Shown one piece after another: positions 47,934 to 57,713 of a stretch of DNA of 64,000 nt. How positions within the stretch are numbered: the stretch's first letter is position 1; every line of letters begins with the position of its first letter. The notes below the pieces were generated by a model. It saw only the letters and a program-made list of their open reading frames with translations. It had not been told where the DNA came from and did not search any database. The DNA is taken from NCBI GenBank assembly GCA_013374855.1, contig CP055308.1, forward strand, positions 532,071 through 596,070, given 5' to 3'. Source of the stretch: Candidatus Woesebacteria bacterium. GTDB lineage: Bacteria; Patescibacteriota; Microgenomatia; UBA8517. The position numbers and the translations under genes are program-made.

Positions 47934-48115
47934 ATTGTATTTTTCTGATTACTGTCTAATTATAAAATAAACAAAGGGGTTGTTGAAGTTGCTTAAAAAA
48001 GTTTGGAAGGATAATCAGATATAGTTAGAAGATTAAATTAATTCTATCCTTGTGGTTCTGAGGATTTTTGTAATTTTGTTTGCTATTTAGTTTTTTAAAT
48101 TTATAAAATGATATT

Positions 48116-49417
48116 GTGAAGATTTTTAAGGTGCTTTTCTATTTGCCCACCTTTTCTATTGTTTTGGTTGGTTTTTATCTTATTGTTTCAACGTCGCTTT
48201 ATGTTCGTTATTGGGTTGATGATTTTTGTTCTGCTGCTTTTTTAAAAGATAATGGTTTTTGGGGCGCTCAACTTGGTTGGTGGAAAAGTTGGACAGGTAG
48301 GTATTCAGCTGTATTTTTTACTAGTCTATTTGAGCTTGTTGGTCCATGGGTAGTAAGGTTTTTGCCTATTTTTTTGTTTTTATTGTTGGTTTTTACATCT
48401 TATCTTATTCTTAAAAATTTTTTGATATCTGCTTTGTTTGTTATTTTAGTCTTTATTAATTCACCAAACATTATTCAATCTTTTTATTGGCAAACAGGAT
48501 TATTGAATTACACAGCAGAGTTTGTATTTCTTAATATTTTTCTAGTTTTTTTGCTTTTTAAGAAAAGAGCCAGCCTTATTTTTCCTTTTTTATTTACTTT
48601 TATTGCCGGCGGTTTTTCTGAGGCTTTTGCTCTTGGGTCAATTCCATTTTTTTTGTGTCTGGGAGTTGCCTTGCATTTTTTTTATAGAGAAAAAAGAGAT
48701 AAAAAATTAAAAGTTTGGATTGCAGGTCTATTGGGTATTTTGTTCTCGCTTTTTCTTATGAGCCTTTCTCCCGGTAATGCAACAAGATCTGAATTTGTTA
48801 CAAGACCTGAGAGTTTTTCCTTTGTCGCAAGGTCTACTTTTTTGGCGACTAGGTGGTACTTATTAAGAATGTTTTCTATTAACACTTTTGTTTATTCTTT
48901 GTTTGTTGCTTTTCTGACTATATTTTTATTTTTTAGAGAGGTTAAGTTGAATTTAAGAGATGGGTTTCTTTTTTCTTTTATTTTTTTTATAGGGGGGATT
49001 TTTTCTGTGATGCTTGTAATATTTTCTGGTTTTTATTCTATGTCGATATTACCACCTGAGAGAACTTTATTTTTAGCGGTGTGTTTGTTTTTTTATTGTT
49101 TTTTTATTGCTTCATTTTTTGTTGTAGGAGTTGTTAATAAATATCTGGTCAGTAAACTTAATAATATTGTTAATATAGCATTTATTTTAAATATGTTTTT
49201 TTCTGTAATTTTATTTTTTAATTTCTACCCTCATTGGATAAATGTTAGAAAAGAAGTTAAAGATTATGCAATTGCTTGGGATGTTGAGGTAAGAAATTTA
49301 CCTGAAGTAAAAAATGTAAAACCAGTTGGGGGTCTTGATAGCTTTACTGATAATAAAGGTTGGGTTTCTTCATGTATTGCAAGATATTATGGTTTTGAGG
49401 AAATTATTGTGAAGTAA
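48116..49417 (+). CDS. Polytopic membrane protein (uncharacterized)
   Basis: It has about 12 TM helices, a GTG start and a short soluble C-terminus. Confidence 0.4.
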   Translation: MKIFKVLFYLPTFSIVLVGFYLIVSTSLYVRYWVDDFCSAAFLKDNGFWGAQLGWWKSWTGRYSAVFFTSLFELVGPWVVRFLPIFLFLLLVFTSYLILKNFLISALFVILVFINSPNIIQSFYWQTGLLNYTAEFVFLNIFLVFLLFKKRASLIFPFLFTFIAGGFSEAFALGSIPFFLCLGVALHFFYREKRDKKLKVWIAGLLGILFSLFLMSLSPGNATRSEFVTRPESFSFVARSTFLATRWYLLRMFSINTFVYSLFVAFLTIFLFFREVKLNLRDGFLFSFIFFIGGIFSVMLVIFSGFYSMSILPPERTLFLAVCLFFYCFFIASFFVVGVVNKYLVSKLNNIVNIAFILNMFFSVILFFNFYPHWINVRKEVKDYAIAWDVEVRNLPEVKNVKPVGGLDSFTDNKGWVSSCIARYYGFEEIIVK

Positions 49418-49548
49418 TTTTTTTATCCTTTTTTAGATAGATTTTTTCTTATTTTTGCAAGATCTTATTTTGTCTTATGGATTTCTCCAATGGTTGCATT
49501 TTTTTTATAATTACTTGCCTTTTGTAATTTTTATTTGATTTAAGGTTT

Positions 49549-49800
49549 CTAGTAATCTTTTCTGTTGCTTTTGCGGTTGGATTCTCTCCAGAGTTGGACA
49601 GAGTAGCACTCGTTAACATTTGAGCATTTGCCTCCTTGGACTGGACACTCTTTTGATTTTCTGCCATTTACTCGTTGTCCGCAATCTCTTCTATAAATTT
49701 GATTCCAAGCCTCTGTTTCGGTGTCTGGTTCTACATTAATTCCTATTTCTTCCATTAATCTGCGCGCCGCTTCGTCAAGTGATGTTTTTCTTTCTCCCAT
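49549..49800 (-). CDS. Small hypothetical Cys-containing protein (83 aa)
   Basis: The ORF sits in a locally GC-richer segment. Cys residues fall at about 40/52/59/65. It is an alternative to the overlapping ORF 49449..49667. Confidence 0.25.
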   Translation of the reverse strand: MGERKTSLDEAARRLMEEIGINVEPDTETEAWNQIYRRDCGQRVNGRKSKECPVQGGKCSNVNECYSVQLWRESNRKSNRKDY

Positions 49801-49898
49801 ATTGGGTCATATTTTATAATTTTTGAGTTTAATAATCAAATTTTTGAATGAGAATTAAGAGTAGATAAATAATCTGTAATCTTTGCTAAAATAAGACA

Positions 49899-51176
49899 GT
49901 GAAAAAATATATAGATAAAGCAAAGACGCTTGCTTTTTCGTCTACTGCCAAAGACACCTACTTTCTTTTTGTGGGTAATATTGTCTCTGCCATTTTTCAT
50001 TTTTTGTTTATTTGGTTTATTGCCCGCGCGCTTTCTGTTCCTGAATTTGGAATTTTTTCTGCTGTTTCCAATTTGGTTTATATTATCTCTCCTTTGGTGG
50101 ATCTTGGAATATCGGGGGGATTAATTGAGTTTGCTTCTTATTTTAGATCAAGAGGAGAAGAAGAAAAAGCAAAAGAGTTTGTGAAAGCTGCCTTTATTGC
50201 TCGTTTTTTGTTTCTTCTTTTGGCTTGTGTAATCTTGGTAATGATTTCTCCTTTTTGGGGAGAAAAGCTTTTTGCTTCTTCTGATTTTTATCTTTCTTTA
50301 TGGACTGTGATTATTCTTCTTGGAATTTTCTGGAGTTATTTTTTTTCTTCAACGCTTCAGGCGTATCGAAGATTTATAGCTTCATCTGTTGTTGATAACG
50401 CTTATGCGGCAGGAAGGGTGATCTTTGTAATTTTTCTTTCTATTGGCGGGCTTACGCTTTATAAGGCTTTGGGTGCTTTTGCTTTAGCAGGTATCGTTGC
50501 TTTTTTTGCTGCCCTTTTTACTTTTGGCTTTTCTTTTCTGAAGACAAAACCTTCTTTTTCGGTCTATAAGAAACTTATTTCTTTTTCCGGCTGGCTTGGG
50601 GTAAACAGAGTTCTTTCTTCAGTTTCAGGAAGAGCTGATATTCAGATGCTTGCTGCTCTTGCTGGGGCAACTGTCACTGGGTATTATTCTGTTGCCTCGC
50701 GGCTTTCCTTTTTTATAGTGGTTTTGACTTCAAGCTTTGCTTCTGTAATTTCCCCACGGCTTGCTTCTATGGGAGACAGGGAAAAAGAAAAAGTTTTTAT
50801 TAGAAAATCTCTTTTGGCGGTATTGGGGGTTAGCCTTGGAATTATAGTTTGGGTTTTATTGGCGCGGCCTTTTATACTTTTTCTTTTTGGAGAAAAATAT
50901 AAAGACTCTATTGTTGTTTTCCAGTGGCTTGCTTTGTCTATGATTCCTTTTGTTTTTACTGCTCCTTCTGTTTCTGCTGTTGTTTATGCTTTAAAAAAAC
51001 CTAAGGTTATTGGAGTTTTTTCTTTTGTTCAGACCGCGCTTATTTTTATTCTAAATTACCTGCTTATTCCGAAAATTGGTCCATTTGGGCCTGTTGTAAC
51101 TTATGCTATAACAAATACTGCTCTTGCTTTGTGGACTTGGTGGATTGTCTTAAAATTTTATTGGGGAAAACACTAA
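49899..51176 (+). CDS. Wzx-like flippase / polysaccharide biosynthesis protein (MOP superfamily)
   Basis: It has about 12 TM helices. The N-terminus TAKDTYFLFVGNIVSAIFHFLFIWFIARALSVPEFGIFSAV is typical of Polysacc_synt. Confidence 0.6.
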   Translation: MKKYIDKAKTLAFSSTAKDTYFLFVGNIVSAIFHFLFIWFIARALSVPEFGIFSAVSNLVYIISPLVDLGISGGLIEFASYFRSRGEEEKAKEFVKAAFIARFLFLLLACVILVMISPFWGEKLFASSDFYLSLWTVIILLGIFWSYFFSSTLQAYRRFIASSVVDNAYAAGRVIFVIFLSIGGLTLYKALGAFALAGIVAFFAALFTFGFSFLKTKPSFSVYKKLISFSGWLGVNRVLSSVSGRADIQMLAALAGATVTGYYSVASRLSFFIVVLTSSFASVISPRLASMGDREKEKVFIRKSLLAVLGVSLGIIVWVLLARPFILFLFGEKYKDSIVVFQWLALSMIPFVFTAPSVSAVVYALKKPKVIGVFSFVQTALIFILNYLLIPKIGPFGPVVTYAITNTALALWTWWIVLKFYWGKH

Positions 51177-51186
51177 GGCAATAGAT

Positions 51187-52026
51187 ATGAAAGTTTTTGC
51201 TCACAGTTTGGTTTGCAATGAAGAGCGATGGCTTTGGTTTTCTGTCTCCTCAGTTGTTGATTATGTTGACAAAGTTTTGCTTTGGGATACTGGAAGCACA
51301 GACAATAGCTTAAAAATTGAAAGAGAACTTAAAAAAAGATGGCCTGATAAGATTGATTTAAGGCAATATGGCAAAGTTGATGCTTTTTCTTTTACTAAAG
51401 CAAGGCAGGAAATGCTTGAAATTTCAGATTGCGATTGGGTAATGATTTTAGATGGAGATGAGGTTTGGTGGGAGGATAGGCTTAAGCGCGCGCGGCAGAT
51501 TATAGAAAAAGAAGGCAAAAAACTTGACTCAATGGTTCATCGGTATTACAACTTGGTTGGCGACATCTACCATTATCAGGAAGAGGAGGCTGGCAGGTAT
51601 AGAATCGATGATCAAGTTGGACATTTAACTATTAGATTTTTTAATCGAAAAATTGATGGCTTGCATTTTGAGAAAGAGCATGGAGTGCAGGGTATTTTTG
51701 ATGGGAATGGTGTTTTAATTCAGGAAAGAGATAGAAAGAAAAGGTTTCACACGGGCGATTATTATTTGCACTTTACTCATTTAGTGCGCTCAAGCACTAG
51801 GCAGGATGATTTAAAAGTAGTAAAGCGAGCTTTAAAGTATAAGTATGAGCTAGGCATAAGATTTCCTTCTGATTTTGTCTACCCGGAAGTTTTTTATAAA
51901 AGCTATCCTTCGTTTATCGAAAATCCTTGGCAAAAAAGAAGTTTGGGTTATGTGGCGCGGGCATTGATTGAGACGCCATTGAGGAAAATTAAGCGCAGGC
52001 TTTGGTGGGGAAAGGTTGGGTATTAA
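51187..52026 (+). CDS. Putative glycosyltransferase (GT2-like, with a WaaE-type NEE motif)
   Basis: VFAHSLVCNEERWLWFSVSSVVDYVDKVLLWDTGSTDNS...ILDGDEV. It is a divergent GT2. Confidence 0.45.
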   Translation: MKVFAHSLVCNEERWLWFSVSSVVDYVDKVLLWDTGSTDNSLKIERELKKRWPDKIDLRQYGKVDAFSFTKARQEMLEISDCDWVMILDGDEVWWEDRLKRARQIIEKEGKKLDSMVHRYYNLVGDIYHYQEEEAGRYRIDDQVGHLTIRFFNRKIDGLHFEKEHGVQGIFDGNGVLIQERDRKKRFHTGDYYLHFTHLVRSSTRQDDLKVVKRALKYKYELGIRFPSDFVYPEVFYKSYPSFIENPWQKRSLGYVARALIETPLRKIKRRLWWGKVGY

Positions 52027-52035
52027 TAGGGTCGT

Positions 52036-53388
52036 ATGGAGGAAAAACATATTTTCAGAAATGTTTATTTTTTGTTTGCTTTTTATTTGGTTTTTTGTTT
52101 GTTTTTTCTTGGTCTTATTAGATTCACTGCTTGGCCGGAAATGCTTGCTTGGCCTTATCTTATTTTGAAAGGTTGGTTGCCTTACCGTGATATAGCAATA
52201 GCCCATAATCCATTACTTTTGCTTGATGTTTCTTTGTTTTACAAAATCTTTGGTGTTGGAGTTGTCCAGCTTAAATTTTTTACTTGGCTTCTTTTTTCTC
52301 TTGCTGCTCTTATTCTTTTTTGGGTGGTAAAAGATTTGTGGGGGAAAAGAGTTGCCTTTTTCTCTGTTGTTTTTTATTTTCCTCTTTTTGTTTTTTATGA
52401 AGGGAATGGTCTTTGGTTTGATTTTTATATGGGTATTTTTGCTTTTGCCTCTTTTTACTTTGCACAGAAGAAGGAATTTTTTTGGGCAGGTGTTTTTTGG
52501 GGTCTTTCTTTTTTGGCAAAACAGACCGCTTTTTGGTTTCTTTTACCTCTTGTATTGATGCTTTTACCTTTAAAGGAGGCTCCCCTAAAGGTAGGGAAGG
52601 TTATGCTAGGAATGGCTTTGGTCTTAGGGTTATTTTTCATTGGGCTTTTTTATTTTGGAATTTTTTCTGATTGGTGGAATTGGGCTTTTAAGTTTGGGGT
52701 TTTGACCTTGCCTCGACTTTCAGGACAAATTCAGCTTCCAACATTAAGACAATTTTTAATTTCTCTTTTACCATTTTCTATTTTTGTTTATCTTATTTTA
52801 AATTACAAATATAGATTCACAAATCTTTTTTTGTGGGCTGTCGCTGGTTTGATGGGAGTTTTTCCAAGGTTTGAGTTTTTCCATTTTCAACCGGCGCTTT
52901 TTTATCTTTCGATAGCTTTGGCTTTGGTTTTTTCGAAGAAACTACCAGTAAAAAATTATAAATTTATGCTTTTTTATTTGTCTTTTTTGGCGCTTGTTTT
53001 TGGGAGATTTTTATTTTCCAGTTTTAAACAAGAAACTCGTTTTTATGAAAAAAGTGTACAAGAGGTACAAAATGAAGTTTCAAAGATTGTTGCACCAGGA
53101 GAGAAAATTTATATTGTTTCCTATTGGGATAGTCTTTATGCTTTAACTGATACTCTTCCTGCAACAAAGCCACTTGTGCCTTTTATTCCTTGGTATTTAA
53201 AACTTAATGGAGTTGAAGAGAAAATATTGAAAAGTCTAGAAGAAGAAAAACCAAAAGTTATGGTTGCTTACTATCCATCTATTAAAACAGGTCTGATACA
53301 CAGGTCTGATTTGATTGAAGAATTTATAGATAAAAATTATTATGAAGAAGAGTGGTTTGGGGAAGTTTTTGTTTTTGTAAGAAAATGA
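52036..53388 (+). CDS. Polytopic membrane protein, GT-C-like, carrying an in-frame REP-like insertion
   Basis: It has about 11 TM segments. REP copy 5 encodes LKEAPLKVG in a loop at residues 178-186. Confidence 0.45.
   Translation: MEEKHIFRNVYFLFAFYLVFCLFFLGLIRFTAWPEMLAWPYLILKGWLPYRDIAIAHNPLLLLDVSLFYKIFGVGVVQLKFFTWLLFSLAALILFWVVKDLWGKRVAFFSVVFYFPLFVFYEGNGLWFDFYMGIFAFASFYFAQKKEFFWAGVFWGLSFLAKQTAFWFLLPLVLMLLPLKEAPLKVGKVMLGMALVLGLFFIGLFYFGIFSDWWNWAFKFGVLTLPRLSGQIQLPTLRQFLISLLPFSIFVYLILNYKYRFTNLFLWAVAGLMGVFPRFEFFHFQPALFYLSIALALVFSKKLPVKNYKFMLFYLSFLALVFGRFLFSSFKQETRFYEKSVQEVQNEVSKIVAPGEKIYIVSYWDSLYALTDTLPATKPLVPFIPWYLKLNGVEEKILKSLEEEKPKVMVAYYPSIKTGLIHRSDLIEEFIDKNYYEEEWFGEVFVFVRK
52567..52591. repeat. 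REP-like palindrome, copy 5 (cctttaaaggaggctcccctaaagg), in frame inside CDS 52036..53388
   Basis: It is the same 25-mer family as copies 1-4. Confidence 0.65.
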
Positions 53389-54452
53389 AAAAAATTGCTT
53401 TTTTAAATATTTACAATGGGGTTGTAAACAGGGGTGCTGAGACCTTTGTAAAAGAGTTGACTTCTCGTCTTTCCTCAAAATATAAAGTTGAAGTTTTCCA
53501 AGCAGGGGAAGCTAAGGGTAATGAAAATTATAGAGTTATCCAAATTCCAGCAAAAATTTCAAGTAAAGTTGACAATGCTGGTTTTTTTTCTAGGCTTTTT
53601 ATTACAAGAAACGACTTTTCAATTTTGTTTTTTACTCTTAAGGCAGTTCATAGAATTTTAAAGGAAAAGCCTGACGTTGTAATTCCTGTTAATGGTGGAT
53701 GGATGCCTGCTATTTTGAGGATAGTTACTTGGATTTATGGAGGCAAACTTGTTATCTCAGGTCAATCAGGAGTAGGTTGGGATGATAGAAATAATCTTTG
53801 GTGTTTCCCTAATGTTTTTGTTGCTCTTTCTTCTTATGCTGCTTCTTGGGCAAAAAGAGCTAATCCTTTTGTAAGGGTTGTCTATATTCCAAATGGTGTG
53901 GATCTAATCAAATTTAGAAAGTTGGCAAATAGAAAAGACAAAGATAAGAGTAAAGTGGTTCTTGCTGCTTGCGCTTTTGTAAAGTCAAAAAGACTTGATT
54001 TGGCGATAGAGGCAGTTTCTAGACTTAATGATGTAAAGCTAATTATTGCGGGGGGAGGGGGAGATCTAAGGGATAAGATTTATGATTTAGGATCTAGAAA
54101 ATTGGGTGATAGATTTGAGATTGTTTCGGTTCCTTTTGAGGATATGCCTGAAGTTTACAGAAAAGCTGATGTTTTTACTTTGCCATCGGAGAGTTCGGAG
54201 GCTTTTGGAAATGTTTTGGTTGAAGCAATGGCTTCAGGACTTCCAGTGGTTGCAACAGATGATCCAATTAGGAGAGAAATTGTAGGCAAAGCTGGAATTT
54301 TAGTTGATCCAAAAGATATTGATTCTTATACCACGGCTTTAGAGACTGCTTTGAAAAAAGATTGGGGTAATTTACCTCGAAAGCAGGCAGAAAAATTTTC
54401 TTGGGATAGAATAGCTAAAATGTATGACAAACTTTTTGAAGAGATTGCCTGA
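53385..54452 (+). CDS. GT4 glycosyltransferase
   Basis: SESSEAFGNVLVEAMASGLPVVATDDPIRREIVG. I set the start at MKKIAFLN, which overlaps the upstream stop (ATGA). Confidence 0.7.
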   Translation: MKKIAFLNIYNGVVNRGAETFVKELTSRLSSKYKVEVFQAGEAKGNENYRVIQIPAKISSKVDNAGFFSRLFITRNDFSILFFTLKAVHRILKEKPDVVIPVNGGWMPAILRIVTWIYGGKLVISGQSGVGWDDRNNLWCFPNVFVALSSYAASWAKRANPFVRVVYIPNGVDLIKFRKLANRKDKDKSKVVLAACAFVKSKRLDLAIEAVSRLNDVKLIIAGGGGDLRDKIYDLGSRKLGDRFEIVSVPFEDMPEVYRKADVFTLPSESSEAFGNVLVEAMASGLPVVATDDPIRREIVGKAGILVDPKDIDSYTTALETALKKDWGNLPRKQAEKFSWDRIAKMYDKLFEEIA

Positions 54453-54453
54453 T

Positions 54454-55293
54454 ATGAAAATAAGTGTGATTATTCCAACTTATAATGAAGAGGCTGTTAT
54501 TTCTGATTGTATTTTATCTCTTTCGAAACAAACTTATCCTGATTTCGAGATTATTGTCGTTGATGATGGAAGTAGTGATAAGACACTTCAGATTTTGTCT
54601 GGTTTGAGGGCTAAATTCAAAAATCTGAAAGTTTTAAGGCAAAACCACAAAGGACCGGGAGCGGCAAGAAATTTTGGAGCAAAAAGGGCAAAAGGTGAAA
54701 TCTTGGTTTTTGTTGATGCTGATATGACTTTTGATAAAGATTTTTTGAATAATTTAACTTTTCCTATTAGAAACGGCAAGACTAAGGGTACTTTTAGCAA
54801 GGAAGAGTTTGTTTCCAATTGGGAGAATGTTTGGGCTCGTTGTTGGAATATTAATGAGGGCTGGGAGGAGAAAAGAAGACACCCTAAAGACTATCCTGAT
54901 TTTCAGCCTGTTTTTCGCGCGATTCTAAAAGAAGAGTTTGATAGAGTTGGAGGATTTACACCTGGTGGTTATGACGATGATTGGAGCTTAAGTAATAAGT
55001 TAGGTTATAAAGCTTCTGTTGCAAAGGGGGCTATTTTTTATCATAAAAACCCTTCTAGTCTGAAGGAGGTTTTTAATCACTCGAAATGGGTTGGAAAAAG
55101 AAAATATAAGCTAGGTCTTTTGGGATATTTGGTTGCTTTGAGCCGGTCTTCTTTTCCGATTTCTTTATTGGTTGGTTTTTACAAGAGTATTATGAAAAAA
55201 GAGCCTAGATTTTTAATTTTTAAACTGGTTTATGATTTTGGTCTTTTCCTCGGGATAATCGAATACTTATTAACTGGTTATGGTTCGAAGTAG
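54454..55293 (+). CDS. GT2 glycosyltransferase
   Basis: ISVIIPTYNEEAVISDCILSLSKQTYPDFEIIVVDDGSSDKT...VFVDADM. I set the start at MKISVII. Confidence 0.7.
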   Translation: MKISVIIPTYNEEAVISDCILSLSKQTYPDFEIIVVDDGSSDKTLQILSGLRAKFKNLKVLRQNHKGPGAARNFGAKRAKGEILVFVDADMTFDKDFLNNLTFPIRNGKTKGTFSKEEFVSNWENVWARCWNINEGWEEKRRHPKDYPDFQPVFRAILKEEFDRVGGFTPGGYDDDWSLSNKLGYKASVAKGAIFYHKNPSSLKEVFNHSKWVGKRKYKLGLLGYLVALSRSSFPISLLVGFYKSIMKKEPRFLIFKLVYDFGLFLGIIEYLLTGYGSK

Positions 55294-56653
55294 GTTTTTT
55301 GTGAATAGACTTTTTGCTGATAGTTTTTTTGTTAGGATTTGGGAACAAAAAATATTTGTGTTTTCTTTGAGTTTGGGATTAGTTTTAAGGTTGGTATCTC
55401 TTAATCAATCATTATGGCTTGATGAGGCAACTACTGCGCTTGTTGCCAAGATGAGTTTTACAGATATTTTTACTAAATTTTTACCTGGAGACTTTCATCC
55501 ACCTTTATATTACTTGCTAATTAAGGTTTGGGTTTTTTTGTTTGGTAATTCGGAGGTTGTGTTAAGGATTCCGTCTGTTATTTTTGGTCTGGGCACAATA
55601 GTTTTTACCTATCTTATAGCTAAGGAATTATTTGGCATTAGGGTGGCAAATATTGTCTCTTTTCTTACTGCTACCTCTGGTCTTTTAATTTATTATTCTC
55701 AGGAGGCAAGGATGTACTCAATGGCTGTTTTTTTGGTTTCTTCTGTTTTTTATTTTTGGATTAAAAAGTGCTGGTTTTGGTTCTCCCTTTTTCTTTTTCT
55801 CTTGGGATTGGTTGATTATGTTGCTTTATTTGTTGTACCAGTTTTTTTAATTTGCGAGAAAAATAGGAAGAAATTGATTTTGAGTTTTCTTCCCCTTTTT
55901 TTGGGATTTGCTGTATGGTTACCTGTTTTTCTAAAGCAGTTTTATGGTGGCCTTTCGAATACAGGTAATGCTTGGTGGAATATTTTGGGTGCTTTAAACC
56001 TAAAAAATATTGCTCTTATTCCTGTTAAGTTTGTTTTGGGGAGAATAAGTTTTGATGACAGGTTTTTGTATTTTTTGATTGCTTGTGTTTCTATCAGTTT
56101 GTTTTTTTATCTTTTATTTAGGTCTTTTGGGAAAAATAAAGTTATACTTTTGTGGTTTGTTTTACCCATTTTTATTGGTGTTATCATGAGCATTAAAATT
56201 CCAATTCTTTATTATTTTCGTTTTATTTTTTGCCTGCCTGCTTTTTATATTTTGGTTTCTTCTGGTTTGTCGACATTGCGGGGGATTTATTTTAAAGCCA
56301 TTCTTTTTGTTGTTGTTTTTATTAATATTTTTTCTTCTATTTTTTATCTTACTTCTTATAGATTCCAGCGTGAAGATTGGAGATTAGCGTTGAGAACAAT
56401 TGGCAATGATTTTTTGATAATGCCTAATAATACTCACAAAGAAGCGGTGATTTATTATGGTAAAGAAGATAATTTGTTAGATATTGGAAGCCTTAAAGGA
56501 GATGAAAATTATATTTGGTTATCGCGTTATGTTTGGGAAATAACAGACCCTCAAGATTATACTCGTCTTGAAATTGAAAAATTAGGTTTTGAGAAAGTTG
56601 GTGAGTATAATTTTAATGGAGTGGTTTTCTGGAAATATCAGAATAAAAGATAA
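55280..56653 (+). CDS. GT-C family membrane glycosyltransferase (PMT_2/ArnT, GT39-like)
   Basis: SLWLDEATTALVAKMSF...DFHPPLYYLL carries the DE and hPPLYY motifs. Confidence 0.6.
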   Translation: MVRSRFFVNRLFADSFFVRIWEQKIFVFSLSLGLVLRLVSLNQSLWLDEATTALVAKMSFTDIFTKFLPGDFHPPLYYLLIKVWVFLFGNSEVVLRIPSVIFGLGTIVFTYLIAKELFGIRVANIVSFLTATSGLLIYYSQEARMYSMAVFLVSSVFYFWIKKCWFWFSLFLFLLGLVDYVALFVVPVFLICEKNRKKLILSFLPLFLGFAVWLPVFLKQFYGGLSNTGNAWWNILGALNLKNIALIPVKFVLGRISFDDRFLYFLIACVSISLFFYLLFRSFGKNKVILLWFVLPIFIGVIMSIKIPILYYFRFIFCLPAFYILVSSGLSTLRGIYFKAILFVVVFINIFSSIFYLTSYRFQREDWRLALRTIGNDFLIMPNNTHKEAVIYYGKEDNLLDIGSLKGDENYIWLSRYVWEITDPQDYTRLEIEKLGFEKVGEYNFNGVVFWKYQNKR

Positions 56654-56765
56654 TATTTTTCAACCGAATAGGTAATTTTATAATATCTTCTGCTGGTAGT
56701 ATTTGATATTTGTCTATCTTAAATTGCTTGTTTAAGATTATTGTAAATACTTGAAAAGGATTTGC

Positions 56766-57197
56766 TTATTTTTTGTCTTTATCTCTAAGAGCGATCTCTC
56801 TGGTGAGAGTTGTTATTTGTCTTTCTAATACTTCAATAATGGAAAGAATTCTGAAGAGGATCATAAAAACCACAACAAAACCAAAGAATATAAGAGTGTT
56901 CAAATTACTACCCATACCTAGTTTTCTTGAGACAAAATAAGCAAAATCTGGAAAAAGAGAGATTGTAAGAATTACACCCCAGATTATAATGGTTGATGCG
57001 GTTTTGAAAAAACTTTGAGATGTTTCTTTTTTAACAAAGCGAGAAACACCCCTTCCTATCATATAAGAAGAAAGTAATATTAACGCCCAGCGTATAACAG
57101 AAATTCCAAAAATCATAAGCTTATTATAGCAAAATAGAATAAACAGCTTTGGTTTATTGTAATTGAGAAGATATTTTGTTAATCTAAAAGTTGTCAA
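56766..57197 (-). CDS. Small membrane protein, DUF2304-like (usually partnered with DPM1-like GT2)
   Basis: It has 3-4 TM helices and a charged C-terminus (LERQITTLTREIALRDKDKK). The true start may be the internal MIFGIS. Confidence 0.4.
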   Translation of the reverse strand: MTTFRLTKYLLNYNKPKLFILFCYNKLMIFGISVIRWALILLSSYMIGRGVSRFVKKETSQSFFKTASTIIIWGVILTISLFPDFAYFVSRKLGMGSNLNTLIFFGFVVVFMILFRILSIIEVLERQITTLTREIALRDKDKK

Positions 57198-57258
57198 AGA
57201 TCAAACTAGATATTTATCTGTTAAATTTGCTTGTAGACATAAAAGCTGGCTCTTTTTT

Positions 57259-57618
57259 ATGAAATACTATTCTGATAAAAGTTCGATAATAATTTCTTAT
57301 ACAGATTCTGATTGGGATAAATTGCTAGAGAGCTCTAATGTTTCAATTTTAGAAAACGAGGAGTCAGTAAAAAAGGTATTTTCCTTGGCTTTTGAGTGGT
57401 TTATTAGTGGCAAGTATTCTATTGATGATCTTTCTGCTGTTTGCATGAAGTTGTTTGACATATTACAGGTTATTGGAAGCAACAAATATCCAGAACTTTT
57501 TGATGCTCTAGATGATGGGTCTGAACTTTCATTTTACATAAGAAAACCTGATCTTTTGCCCCAATTTACTAAGCTTTTGGAAGAATTTTTTGATATCTAT
57601 GAAGGATTAAATAAATAA
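57259..57618 (+). CDS. Hypothetical protein, paralog of 47508..47933
   Basis: See the paralog entry. I set the start at the internal ATG (MKYYSDK). Confidence 0.45.
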   Translation: MKYYSDKSSIIISYTDSDWDKLLESSNVSILENEESVKKVFSLAFEWFISGKYSIDDLSAVCMKLFDILQVIGSNKYPELFDALDDGSELSFYIRKPDLLPQFTKLLEEFFDIYEGLNK

Positions 57619-57713
57619 TCTATAGTTTCCTTCAATTCTTGCCGGTAAATTTGTTTCTAATTTAATTTAGCTAATATTTAAAGACATTAAAGTTGATTTT
57701 TACAGATACTAAG

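Noticed and set aside
49449-49667. A 72-aa minus-strand ORF overlapping the small Cys-protein ORF
   Set aside because: It is an alternative frame of the same locus and is Q/K/N-rich. I kept the 83-aa frame as marginally more protein-like, but both have low confidence.
29646-52591. Whether the dispersed 25-bp palindromes form a CRISPR array
   Set aside because: The copies are irregularly spaced (about 0.5, 0.2, 6.4 and 15.8 kb apart), occur in mixed orientation and have no conserved spacer architecture. That is a REP-type pattern and not CRISPR-like.
56766-57197. Extending the DUF2304-like protein to the full 143-aa ORF as a confident call
   Set aside because: Family members are usually about 110-125 aa, so the true start may be the internal MIFGIS. 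I report the full ORF but flag the start as uncertain.
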